40,000 nucleotides of DNA from Phenylobacterium sp. (GTDB lineage Bacteria > Pseudomonadota > Alphaproteobacteria > Caulobacterales > Caulobacteraceae), in assembly GCF_041691455.1 (NCBI RefSeq), contig NZ_JBEPUO010000007.1, positions 97,951-137,950 on the forward strand, given 5' to 3'. The translations under genes and the position numbers were made by a program. This document shows, piece after piece, positions 1 through 8,449 of this stretch (position 1 is the stretch's first letter; each line of letters starts with the position of its first letter). The notes under the pieces were generated by a model. It saw nothing but the letters and a program-made list of their open reading frames with translations, had not been told where the DNA came from and searched no databases.

Positions 1-593
1 GCTGGAGCGCGGCGCCAGGTTCGACCCCGTCAAACTCGCCGAGCGAGACGCGAGCCAATCCCGTTCGCGCAGCCGCTAGCCTAGAAGACTCGGAGGGCGT
101 GCAGGCCCCAGACGACGATCAGGGCTAGCGCCGCGCCGGCCGCCACGCCGCGCGCGAACGCTCCGTGTCGGCTCCACCACTGGCGGCGCGTGCGCAGGGT
201 CTGGGCGCGATCTGGACGGCGGCGGGGCATGGCGGGCGATGTGCCGAAGACAGCCGACAATTACAACGCCTTCCGGCACTAGAATGGGAAGCCGGACCGG
301 AGTGAGAGATGGCGCTACAGGCTCGACTATGGCCGATGGGGAGCGACCAAGGACCCGGATGGCTGCCCGGCGTGCAAAGCTCCATCCCCGCTCTCGCCGT
401 GGCGGGCAGCCCAGCTACGTGATGTCGCCGTCAAATACGGACGTAGTGCAGAGCATAGAATCGACATAGGAAAATATTTACTTCTGATTCTGGGCGAATC
501 ATTGGTCCTTAGTCCTGCAAGGACTGGGGTTCCGCGCACCGTGCGCGAGAAGCCTTTCCGCGAAGACTTCACTTGGATTGGGAGGGCGGGACT

Positions 594-875
594 ATGCCAG
601 CGTTTGACGTCGCGTATGTCCGCGAACAAGGCCAGAGCATGGTCATTGTTCCGCTGGACGGGCAGTTCGAACACAAGAGCGAAGCCACTCAGCGGAAGGT
701 CGCGGCTGAGCTCCAGGTGCGCGCTGCAGCCGCCGGGCTTGCCGGCAAGGTCGTGCTGATGTGGCGCGCCGGTAGTAGGACGAGGTTCATTGCCCCACCG
801 CAATGGCATGCCTTTTTCCGGAGCATCGACCTCTCCTGGGTGGCGATGAACATCAATAAGCGGCTGTCGTGGTGA
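594..875 (+). CDS. small hypothetical protein (93 aa) immediately upstream of the helicase-nuclease gene
   Basis: The ORF is in the track as 573..875. I prefer the internal ATG at 594 because a GGGAGG Shine-Dalgarno-like run lies about 8 nt upstream. Amino-acid composition is balanced (MPAFDVAYVREQGQSMVIVPLDG...). An AT-richer stretch precedes it. The stop is 29 nt before the helicase start. I recognise no family. Confidence 0.5.
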   Translation: MPAFDVAYVREQGQSMVIVPLDGQFEHKSEATQRKVAAELQVRAAAAGLAGKVVLMWRAGSRTRFIAPPQWHAFFRSIDLSWVAMNINKRLSW

Positions 876-904
876 GTTGGGCTTAGAGGCCTGGCGTCGG
901 CGAG

Positions 905-3900
905 ATGGCACAGCCTGGTCTGTTCGCCGACGAAGCGCCGGCTGTTGAGCTGAAGCTGCCGCAACTCACCTACGGACCCGTCAAGGCAGCCGCAGGCCAG
1001 ATCCGCGCGGTTCTGAGGAACGCCGAGACTGTATCGGCGATTTTGGTCGACGAAGTTCACGTCTCCGCCCGGGTCAAGGAGCCTCTCTACACGCTCCCCT
1101 CAGGCGAACGAGTGGTTGTGACAAGCCGCAGGGCGGCGCAGCGACCGAAAGATGCCGATGGCCTGCTCCTCAGGGATCTTGGCGGAGAGTTGACCTGGCT
1201 GAGCCACCGCGTGATTGACGAGTTGGAGGCGGACGCCGCGGCGCGCGGCTGGCCGAACGTGATCGAGGATCGTGCGCGGGAGTGGGACAATCAGTTCTCC
1301 TTTCGGACGGAGCAGCGAGAGGTCGATGGCGCGGTCGATCCCGCCAAGCGCGGCCTGCGCCCGCCGCAGATCGGCGCTCTACACGCGATCGGCGCGCATT
1401 GGAGTCTGAGCACCGCGACGGCCACTGTGGTCATGCCCACCGGCACCGGCAAGACGGAGACGATGCTCTCTGGGCTCGCGGCCTATGTCCGCAAGCCGAT
1501 GCTCGTCGTCGTGCCGTCCGATGCACTGCGCGGCCAGACAGCCGGGAAGTTCCTAACCTTCGGGCTGTTGCGTTTCCTCGGCGTGCTGGCCGCCGACGTC
1601 CCGAATCCCATTGTGGGGATCGTCACCAAAGTGCCGAAGAGCGTCGACGCGCTCGAGATTTTCGAGCGTTGCAACGTCGTCATCGGGACCATGGACTCCC
1701 TGGCCGACAGCGCCGCGGAACCGTTCTGGCCCGAAATCATCAACCGCATCGGCGTATTGGTTATCGACGAAGCGCACCACATCGGCGCCACGCGGTGGTC
1801 TCGCTTCCGAGAGGCGTTCGCTGGCAAGCCGATCCTGCAGTTTACGGCAACGCCGTTCCGGCGGGACGGCAACGTGGTCGATGGCCAGGTCATCTACAGC
1901 TACCCTCTGCGCACAGCGCAGGCGGATGGTTACTTCAAGCCGATCGCCTTTGAGCCGGTCTATGAAGCGGTCCCCGCCCGCGCCGACGAGGCGATTGCCG
2001 AGGCGGCGGTCGCCCGACTGCGGGCCGACCTCGCAGAGGGCCGTAACCATCTGATGATGGCGCGGTGCGTCAGCATCGATCGGGCGCGCGTCGTACAGGC
2101 AATCTACGCGCGGCTGGCGCCCGACCTGACTCCAATGCTGGTGCATTCGGACCTCACTGATGCGCCGCAACGCATCGCCGACCTGAGGGCCGGGAAGAGT
2201 CGTATCGTGGTCTGCGTCAACATGCTGGGGGAAGGGTTTGACCTGCCCCAACTTAAGATCGCGGCGATTCACGATCTGCACAAGAGCCTGGCGATCTTGT
2301 TGCAGTTCACCGGTCGCTTCACGCGAAGCGCGGCAGATGACATCGGCGACGCGACGGTGATTGCCAACGTGGCCGAGCCCAATGTGTCAATCGCGCTGGA
2401 GCGGCTCTACAGCGAGGACGCCGATTGGAACGAATTGCTCAGCGAGATGAGCTCTGAGGCGGCAAACGATCACGCCCGTCTGACAAAGTTTCTCAACGAG
2501 GCGAAGCGCCTGGATCACGGCGGCGACGACGAGGATGTGGCGGTCTCGCACAAGCTGCTTCGGCCCACACTGAGCACCCTGATCTATGAGGCCGACAAAT
2601 GGACGCCGCGGAAGTTCCACGAGGGTCTTCCGGCCGCATTGGTTCCCTATCGGGTGTGGCTGCATGAGCAATCCAGCAGCCTGTTCTTCGTCACACGGTC
2701 CGAGCCGACGGTGAAATGGAGCCGCTCGAAGGCCGTGAAAGATCGAACATGGACGCTCTTCATCCTGCACCATGATGCGCATCGAAAGCTGCTCTATCTG
2801 GCCTCAACCGATCACAAGATGAACTTTGATCGGTTGGCTCGAGAGGTTGGCGCCACGACGCAGTTGCGCGGGGATGTGGTCTTTCGCGCGATGGGCCGTA
2901 TCAACCGCCTGATCTTCCAGAATTTAGGTCTGAAGAAGCATGGCCGCCGGAACCTGTCCTATGCCTCCTACACCGGCGCCGAGGTAACCGAGGCGCTGAG
3001 CTTGGCCGAGAAGTCGGGCTCGGTGAAGGCGTTGCTGAGCGGCATCGGCTGGGAGAGCGGCAAGCAGGTCACCATCGGCTGCTCGGCAAAGGGGCGCGTC
3101 TGGTCGCGCGAGCAGGGCTCGGTGCCGCGGTTCAACGAGTGGTGCGAGGTGGTGGGAGACAAGCTCATCGACGTCGGCATCGACACCAGCAAGTTGATTG
3201 ACCACGTGCTGCTGCCGACGGTGGTGACGGACCTCCCTAGTGCGGAGCTTTTGAGCATCGAGTGGCCTGTAGAGATGCTCCGTCAGTCCGAAGAGCGGAT
3301 CGAGTTCTCGAACGGCTCGAATTCTGCCTCGCAGGCCACGTTTGAGCTTTCGATCATCGGGATGGATCGCTCCGCCAACGCAATCGACTTCGAACTGACC
3401 GAGGCGATGACGGGATCCTGGGGCCAGTTTCGGTTCTCCCTCGGCGGCCCAAACACCTTCGCCGTGGAACAGACCTCCGGCGATCGCGTGATGGCCCTGG
3501 TTGGCCGTATCGCGCAGGAGCTAGACGGATACTTCACGGAGTATCCGCCCCTCTTCCGGTTCGTCGACCTCTCCGAACTCGACGCCAACCTGCACATTGT
3601 TCCGCAGTCGCCGTACGATCTGAAGATCGAAGACGCCCGCTTCGAGGCCTGGGACTGGGCCGGCGTCGATATCACCAAGGAGTCGATGTGGAAGGCCGGC
3701 GTTCGTCGCGACGATTCCGTCCAATGGCACGTGGCGAAAGAATACATCGCGGCTGGGTTCGACGTCGTGTTTGACGACGACGCCAGCGGTGAGGCGGCCG
3801 ATCTTGTGTGCCTGAAGGTTGAGGACGAAGTCATTCGGTTGGCGCTGATCCACTGCAAGTTCTCAGGCGGCGCCACGGCCGGCGAACGGGTTAAGGATGT

Positions 3901-4219
3901 GGTCGAGGTGTCGTCGCAAGCGGTGCGTTCCGCCCGCTGGGTCGCAAAGCTCAGCCACCTTTGCCAGCATCTCAAATCGCGCGACGAAGCCCTGAAGGAA
4001 GGTGGTCGTCCCACGCGGTTTATGAAGGGAAGCGCTTCGGACCTGACCCGGATAATTAAGCTGAACCGGTTTCGACCGCTCCGGGCCGAAATTCTGATCG
4101 TCCAGCCTGGCCTTTCGGCCGAAACGCGCACGAACAGTCAGTCCGCTGTATTGGCGGCCGCACTGACATACCTAAAGGAGACGGTGGGGATCGATCTCCA
4201 CATCGTCTGTAGTGCCTAG
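905..4219 (+). CDS. SF2 DEAD/DEAH-box helicase (type III restriction Res-like core) with a long C-terminal extension ending in a PD-(D/E)xK-like nuclease module
   Basis: 1104-aa ORF. Helicase motifs read directly: VVMPTGTGKTETM (Walker A), VIDEAHHIG (DEAH), QFTATPFRRDG (III), VNMLGEGFDLP (V), QFTGRFTRS (VI). The C-terminus carries FDDDASGEAADLVCLKVEDEVIRLALIHCKFSGG, which resembles a D...(E/H)xK restriction-endonuclease-fold signature. The nuclease assignment is inference. Confidence 0.85.
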   Translation: MAQPGLFADEAPAVELKLPQLTYGPVKAAAGQIRAVLRNAETVSAILVDEVHVSARVKEPLYTLPSGERVVVTSRRAAQRPKDADGLLLRDLGGELTWLSHRVIDELEADAAARGWPNVIEDRAREWDNQFSFRTEQREVDGAVDPAKRGLRPPQIGALHAIGAHWSLSTATATVVMPTGTGKTETMLSGLAAYVRKPMLVVVPSDALRGQTAGKFLTFGLLRFLGVLAADVPNPIVGIVTKVPKSVDALEIFERCNVVIGTMDSLADSAAEPFWPEIINRIGVLVIDEAHHIGATRWSRFREAFAGKPILQFTATPFRRDGNVVDGQVIYSYPLRTAQADGYFKPIAFEPVYEAVPARADEAIAEAAVARLRADLAEGRNHLMMARCVSIDRARVVQAIYARLAPDLTPMLVHSDLTDAPQRIADLRAGKSRIVVCVNMLGEGFDLPQLKIAAIHDLHKSLAILLQFTGRFTRSAADDIGDATVIANVAEPNVSIALERLYSEDADWNELLSEMSSEAANDHARLTKFLNEAKRLDHGGDDEDVAVSHKLLRPTLSTLIYEADKWTPRKFHEGLPAALVPYRVWLHEQSSSLFFVTRSEPTVKWSRSKAVKDRTWTLFILHHDAHRKLLYLASTDHKMNFDRLAREVGATTQLRGDVVFRAMGRINRLIFQNLGLKKHGRRNLSYASYTGAEVTEALSLAEKSGSVKALLSGIGWESGKQVTIGCSAKGRVWSREQGSVPRFNEWCEVVGDKLIDVGIDTSKLIDHVLLPTVVTDLPSAELLSIEWPVEMLRQSEERIEFSNGSNSASQATFELSIIGMDRSANAIDFELTEAMTGSWGQFRFSLGGPNTFAVEQTSGDRVMALVGRIAQELDGYFTEYPPLFRFVDLSELDANLHIVPQSPYDLKIEDARFEAWDWAGVDITKESMWKAGVRRDDSVQWHVAKEYIAAGFDVVFDDDASGEAADLVCLKVEDEVIRLALIHCKFSGGATAGERVKDVVEVSSQAVRSARWVAKLSHLCQHLKSRDEALKEGGRPTRFMKGSASDLTRIIKLNRFRPLRAEILIVQPGLSAETRTNSQSAVLAAALTYLKETVGIDLHIVCSA

Positions 4220-4324
4220 GCCCGAGGACCTGGCGCACGCCGTGTTGCCGTCAGGCATTACGACGACCACGAAGGCCTTCGCCATCCCACCGGGCAGGCG
4301 GCGATAGTCCGCACCCCAAAATGA

Positions 4325-5350
4325 TCAACGTGATCGCTCCTTGCCACCTCCGTCCTCCGACCGTTCCGGCGCCAGCGCCCGATTGGAGGCTCGAAGGTCA
4401 CGCGCCAATGCCAACCGCTGGCTGTCCGGCGCCGGCATGTCGCGGACGAAGCGTTCCACGGCCTGCCCCAAGGCCCTGTCAGCGGAGTCGGCGGACATTT
4501 TCAGAAGACCCGCTTGCGCCAGGTAAAGGGCGCGAACCTGCGCCTGCCGGCGCAGCATCTGCGCCTCCCACGGCGTCGGCGCGGTCTCACCTTGAAATGC
4601 CGCCCGCGCCGCGTCGCGATAGGCGCCTCGGCGAACCTCGGCGATCGGCCCGTGGCCGGCTGCGTACCGCTCGCCGATCTTGCGCACCGGGGCCCGCTCG
4701 GACTTCCGGGTCACGCCCCGCGCGCGCCGCGGCGTGGCTTCGGCTTCAACTCCTCGATCACGCAACGCCCGCGCGAACCCCTCCCGCCATTCTGTGAGGT
4801 CGGCCTTCTTTGGATTGAGCCGGCGCCCGTCGTCGCCCAGCGCCCGCACCGCCAGATGCACGTGCGGATGGCCGGTGTCGGTGTGTAGCACAAAGGCGTA
4901 GTCGAACCGCTCGCCGAAGGTCTCTCGGGCAAAGCTGCGCGCTGCGTCGCGCATCGCCACTGCATCGGTCGCTGCCGGCATCGAGAGCACGATCGACAGG
5001 CTGACCGGCGAATTGGCGCGCCACCTCGGGTCGCTCATGGCCGCCGCGCTCCAATCCAGCGCCAGCGCCCGCACGTCGTCCCGACCTGAGAGCATGACGC
5101 CATCGCGATCTTCGGCCTCAAGGTCCCCGTGTCGGGTGATGTAGTCCAGGTGAGCCAGCAGTTGGCCGGGATCCCGCGTCCGCCCGGTCACTTTCACCAT
5201 CACTTCCGGCGTGCGGTTGACCAGCCGCACAAGCCGAGCCCGCACTGCGGATTCCCCGCTGCCGAGCACTTCTTCAGGGGTCCGTCGGCGCGGACGGACC
5301 GGCGGACGCCACACATCCTCGAAGCCCGCGACGGTCTGGAAGTCGCTCAC
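4325..5350 (-). CDS. relaxase / mobilisation nuclease (MobA/VirD2-type)
   Basis: 341 aa. It has the histidine triad HTDTGHPHVHLAV (HxDx..HPHxH) and an N-terminal LDYITRHG tyrosine motif, both typical of the Relaxase family. The GTG start overlaps the upstream mobC stop (GTGA). Confidence 0.85.
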   Translation of the reverse strand: MSDFQTVAGFEDVWRPPVRPRRRTPEEVLGSGESAVRARLVRLVNRTPEVMVKVTGRTRDPGQLLAHLDYITRHGDLEAEDRDGVMLSGRDDVRALALDWSAAAMSDPRWRANSPVSLSIVLSMPAATDAVAMRDAARSFARETFGERFDYAFVLHTDTGHPHVHLAVRALGDDGRRLNPKKADLTEWREGFARALRDRGVEAEATPRRARGVTRKSERAPVRKIGERYAAGHGPIAEVRRGAYRDAARAAFQGETAPTPWEAQMLRRQAQVRALYLAQAGLLKMSADSADRALGQAVERFVRDMPAPDSQRLALARDLRASNRALAPERSEDGGGKERSR

Positions 5351-5868
5351 GGCTCACCCGCCCAATAGGCCAGATTGCCAGCGAAGGCTGACTGCAGCCC
5401 ACGGAGGTGGCCGCGCATCTCGCGCCGCAAATCGTCTAGCGCCCCCAACTCCAGATCCAGCACACGGCCCTCCATCACCGCCGTATTCAAGGCACGGGCG
5501 ATCTGGTTCACGTTGACGCCAATCCGGCGCAACTCGGTCTGGATGGCTATCAGCGACACGGCGTCCGAACCTGCAAACGTCGGCCGGTCCCGAAGCCGCC
5601 GCCGCAGCACGGCGGCGGCCCAGGCGTTGCGGGTAAGCCCGGTCTCAGCCGCCGCGACGTCCAACCCGATGACATCCGCGGCGCTCAGTCGAACGGTGAG
5701 TTTCACGGGAAAGGGGGCGTGCGCGGCGTGCGAAGCCATCTCTCGACTCGCGCCCACCGCACCCACCATCAATTGCCGCAAGGCCACTGAGCGACCGCCG
5801 CGCGCCGAAGCCCAAGCGTCGAAACGGGCCGCCAGGTCGTCGTCCAGCCGCACGTTGAAGATCGCCAA
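5347..5868 (-). CDS. mobC: MobC-type relaxosome accessory protein (RHH-like N-terminus)
   Basis: 173 aa. GVNVNQIARALN matches the MobC signature (G.N.NQ.AR..N). The N-terminus, FNVRLDDDLAARFDAWA, looks like a ribbon-helix-helix. The TTG start has GAGAGGG 5 nt upstream. The gene is translationally coupled to the relaxase. Confidence 0.8.
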   Translation of the reverse strand: MAIFNVRLDDDLAARFDAWASARGGRSVALRQLMVGAVGASREMASHAAHAPFPVKLTVRLSAADVIGLDVAAAETGLTRNAWAAAVLRRRLRDRPTFAGSDAVSLIAIQTELRRIGVNVNQIARALNTAVMEGRVLDLELGALDDLRREMRGHLRGLQSAFAGNLAYWAGEP

Positions 5869-5950
5869 ACCGCCCTCTCGCGTAAGACACCGCCGCCGCC
5901 AAGGCTATCCTGCCCTCAACCGCTGCCGCTGACTTTGGCCCCTCCCCTCG

Positions 5951-5986
5951 GCCCGGGCGACGCGCAACCCTACGCGTCGCCCGGGC
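5951..5986. repeat. perfect 14-bp inverted repeat with an 8-nt spacer; candidate oriT
   Basis: GCCCGGGCGACGCG (5951-5964), caacccta, CGCGTCGCCCGGGC (5973-5986). It lies 83 nt upstream of mobC in the mobC/SRAP intergenic region. The repeat is seen directly. The oriT function is inferred from position. Confidence 0.5.
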
Positions 5987-6106
5987 TACCCGCCGCCCCT
6001 GGCGGGACGCCCCAGCCGGGCCTAGTCACAGACACAACCGTGGTGGCGTCGACAGCCAGGTCTGGGCTTGTCATATGCCTCGGTCGACAACGGAGAGACC
6101 GCCCGC

Positions 6107-6841
6107 ATGTGCAACCTCTACGCCATGATGCGCAGCCGAGCGGAGGCCGCGCAGTTGGCCCGCGCCTTCTCCGACGTGAACAACAATCAGCCGCCGATGT
6201 CGGGGGTCTTCCCCGACTATCCCGCCCCGATCATCGCCAAGACGCCGGGCGGCGAACGGCAGATGCGCGACGTCCGCTGGGGGATGCCGTCCTCCAAGAA
6301 CGCCATGTTCGAAGCCGCCAAGAAGCGCGCGGGCAAGCTTCGGGAAAAGGGTCAGGAGGTCGATTTCAATGAGTTGCTGCGGATGGAGCCCGACAAGGGC
6401 ACGACCAACATCCGCAACACCGCCAGCAAGCACTGGCAGCCCTGGCTTGGCCCGAGCAGCCGCTGCCTCGTGCCGTTCACCTCCTTCAGCGAGCCCGACC
6501 AGGTCGGCGGCACTCTGCAGCCCATCTGGTACGCGCTGGACGAGGCGCGACCGCTGGCCTTCTTCGCCGGCGTCTGGACGCCCTGGACCTGCGTTCGGAA
6601 GATCAAGGAGGGCGAGGTGAGCTGCGACCTTTTCGGCTTCCTCACCACCGAGGCCAACGCCGAGGTCGCCCGGCACCATGACAAGGCCATGCCGGTGATC
6701 CTCACCGAGCCCGCCGACTGGGACCTTTGGATGGGCGACGCCCCCTGGACCGAGGTGCAGCACCTGCAGCGCCCCCTTTCCGATGGGGCTCTGAAGATCG
6801 TCGCGCAGGGTCCACGGGAGGATGAGACCGCTCCCACGTGA
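6107..6841 (+). CDS. SOS-response-associated peptidase (SRAP / YedK-HMCES family)
   Basis: The track ORF starts at a TTG at 6068. The internal ATG at 6107 gives the family-defining N-terminus MCNLY with catalytic Cys2. The length (244 aa) is typical of the family. Confidence 0.85.
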   Translation: MCNLYAMMRSRAEAAQLARAFSDVNNNQPPMSGVFPDYPAPIIAKTPGGERQMRDVRWGMPSSKNAMFEAAKKRAGKLREKGQEVDFNELLRMEPDKGTTNIRNTASKHWQPWLGPSSRCLVPFTSFSEPDQVGGTLQPIWYALDEARPLAFFAGVWTPWTCVRKIKEGEVSCDLFGFLTTEANAEVARHHDKAMPVILTEPADWDLWMGDAPWTEVQHLQRPLSDGALKIVAQGPREDETAPT

Positions 6842-6866
6842 ACGGGGCGCGTGAGATGCGCGGCGG

Positions 6867-7202
6867 CTAGACGTCGCCGCTCGGCGGCGACCACCGCCAC
6901 GGCAGATCATAGAGATGCGGGAACACCGCCACGTCCTTCGCGCCGCATCCGCCGGCGCCGGCGCACGACAGTCGCTCGGCGAGATCGGCGATCCGCAGGT
7001 CGAGGCGGTCGCCGAAGCGGCGCTCCAACTCCGGCGGCGTCCACTCGATCAAGCGTGGACAATCTCGGCAGCAGATCGCCAGCGAAAAACCCCGCCGCAG
7101 ATAGGTGCGCACGGTGTCGTTGCCGATCTGCGCGATCTTGAAGGTCTTCAGGAGCCGGTCTGGCGGCCGCTCCAAGGTCGAGGTGGGGTTCAACGACGCC
7201 AC
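6867..7202 (-). CDS. small Cys-rich (zinc-ribbon-like) hypothetical protein, tandem paralogue B
   Basis: This is the C-terminal part of track ORF 6867..7451. A GTG at 7202 lies just after the upstream gene's stop, with the two codons adjacent (TGATCGTG) rather than overlapping. The sequence ...RGFSLAICCRDCPRLIEWTPPELERRFG...LSCAGAGGCG shares the C-x2-C ... C-x2-4-CG layout with 7205-7402 and 38682-38990. The start is uncertain. Confidence 0.45.
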   Translation of the reverse strand: MASLNPTSTLERPPDRLLKTFKIAQIGNDTVRTYLRRGFSLAICCRDCPRLIEWTPPELERRFGDRLDLRIADLAERLSCAGAGGCGAKDVAVFPHLYDLPWRWSPPSGDV

Positions 7203-7204
7203 GA

Positions 7205-7402
7205 TCAGATCCAGGCCCGCGCGAAGCCGACGCGACCGCACGCGGTGCAACTCAGCCGCCGCCGGATGTCGAACGGCATGGCGTCGGGCCCCAGGCGCGC
7301 GAAGGCCTGCCCGCAGGTCCACGTGACCTGGTGTCCGCAGGCGCAGATGATCTTCAAGGTCGCGGCGCCCCTCATCATTCGGCGAAGGTTCTGGAACATC
7401 AT
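7205..7402 (-). CDS. small Cys-rich (zinc-ribbon-like) hypothetical protein, tandem paralogue A
   Basis: 65 aa from the ATGATG at 7402: MMFQNLRRMMRGAATLKIICACGHQVTWTCGQ...LSCTACGRVGF. The N-terminal part of track ORF 7205..7495 overlaps the ardC 3' end and the hairpin, so I excluded it. Confidence 0.5.
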   Translation of the reverse strand: MMFQNLRRMMRGAATLKIICACGHQVTWTCGQAFARLGPDAMPFDIRRRLSCTACGRVGFARAWI

Positions 7403-7435
7403 GCCGTAAGAACAAATACAGAACTTCTGCGCTAT

Positions 7436-7465
7436 GGCGAGTCCTGGCCACCGCCAGGACTCGCC
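7436..7465 (-). terminator. perfect 12-bp stem / 6-nt loop hairpin directly after ardC
   Basis: GGCGAGTCCTGG ccaccg CCAGGACTCGCC. It begins 10 nt after the ardC stop on the minus strand. A moderately T-rich stretch (TTCTGTATTTGTTCTT) follows only after about 12 nt, so its function as an intrinsic terminator is uncertain. Confidence 0.3.
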
Positions 7466-7475
7466 ACCACGTCGG

Positions 7476-8375
7476 CTAGGGCTCGGCCGTTGCAACCCCC
7501 GACAGCAGGTCGCAGGCCCGCTGGGCGTGCGCCGCCGCAGCGAAGATCGACCGGTGATCGGCCTTCATCACCTTGAGCCAACCGGCGAGGTAGCTGGCGT
7601 GGTCCTCACGTGGCCGCAGCGAGACCCCTAGGTCGGCGCACAGAAAGGCCGCGCCCAGCTCGGCCACCAGTTCCTCCCGAGCATAGCGGTTGTCACCGGT
7701 TCGCGGCGCGCCGAACTCGCGGTCGAGGCGGGAAGCGTGGCCCGTCCAATGGGTCAGCTCGTGCAGCAAGGTGGCGTAGTAGTCCTCCAACTCCGGGAAG
7801 GCCGCGAGCTTCGGCATCTGCACGTAGTCGGGGCCGGGCGCATAGTAGGCGCGATCACCGCCGTGCCGGACCGCCGCGCCGGTCGAGGCGACGAACGCCT
7901 CCACCGCCGCAATCCGCCGCTCGGCCGAAACCGCCAGCGCGGGAGCGGGCGCATAGACCGCGGGCAGGCTGTCGATCTGCCCGACGTTGAAGACCGTGTA
8001 GGCCTTGAGGAAGGGGATGCTGCGGAGCCCGTCGTCACCCGCGGGCGCATCGGGGTCCTCGCGGACGATGCGATTGGCGTAGACCACCGTCGCGCCATGC
8101 TCGCCTTTGCGGACGTGGCCGCCCAGCGCCAAGGCCTGGCGGAAGGTCATCCAGGTGGGTGCGGCGTACCCGCGCTCGAAAGCCTCGGCCCACAGCAGCA
8201 GGACATTGATCCCGCGGTAGGGTTCGCCGGAATGGCGCAGCGGCCGACCGACGGGCCCCCCGGCGCCGCTGGCCCAAGGCTTCGTCCAGGGCCGGACGCC
8301 GCGTTCGAGATCGGCAACGATGGCGTCGGTGACGCGGGTGTAGAGGGGACGTGTTTCCGTAACGGGGCGCGCCAT
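7476..8375 (-). CDS. ardC: ArdC-type antirestriction protein (ssDNA-binding N-domain plus zincin metalloprotease domain)
   Basis: 299 aa. The N-terminal pattern VRPWTKPW...PYRGINVLLLW matches ArdC-N (DUF1738). The C-terminal LLHELTHWTGH is an HExxH-type metalloprotease motif. Confidence 0.85.
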   Translation of the reverse strand: MARPVTETRPLYTRVTDAIVADLERGVRPWTKPWASGAGGPVGRPLRHSGEPYRGINVLLLWAEAFERGYAAPTWMTFRQALALGGHVRKGEHGATVVYANRIVREDPDAPAGDDGLRSIPFLKAYTVFNVGQIDSLPAVYAPAPALAVSAERRIAAVEAFVASTGAAVRHGGDRAYYAPGPDYVQMPKLAAFPELEDYYATLLHELTHWTGHASRLDREFGAPRTGDNRYAREELVAELGAAFLCADLGVSLRPREDHASYLAGWLKVMKADHRSIFAAAAHAQRACDLLSGVATAEP

Positions 8376-8449
8376 GGCGGCCTCCTGTCATCCAGATTTC
8401 TGAGAGGAAGAGGTCGCCCCGTCGGTGACGGGGCGCCTCAGGTTCGGGC

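Noticed and set aside
18-40. GGTTCGACCCC, reminiscent of a tRNA T-loop, considered as a possible tRNA 3' fragment or att site
   Set aside because: The flanking bases do not form a T-stem or acceptor stem, and no matching repeat was found elsewhere in the window.
1-230. A possible 3' end of an upstream plus-strand gene (frame ending in TAG at 77-79), and a 49-aa minus-strand ORF (81-230) with one hydrophobic helix
   Set aside because: Both are too short and featureless to support. The two would overlap convergently, and no SD or family signal is present.
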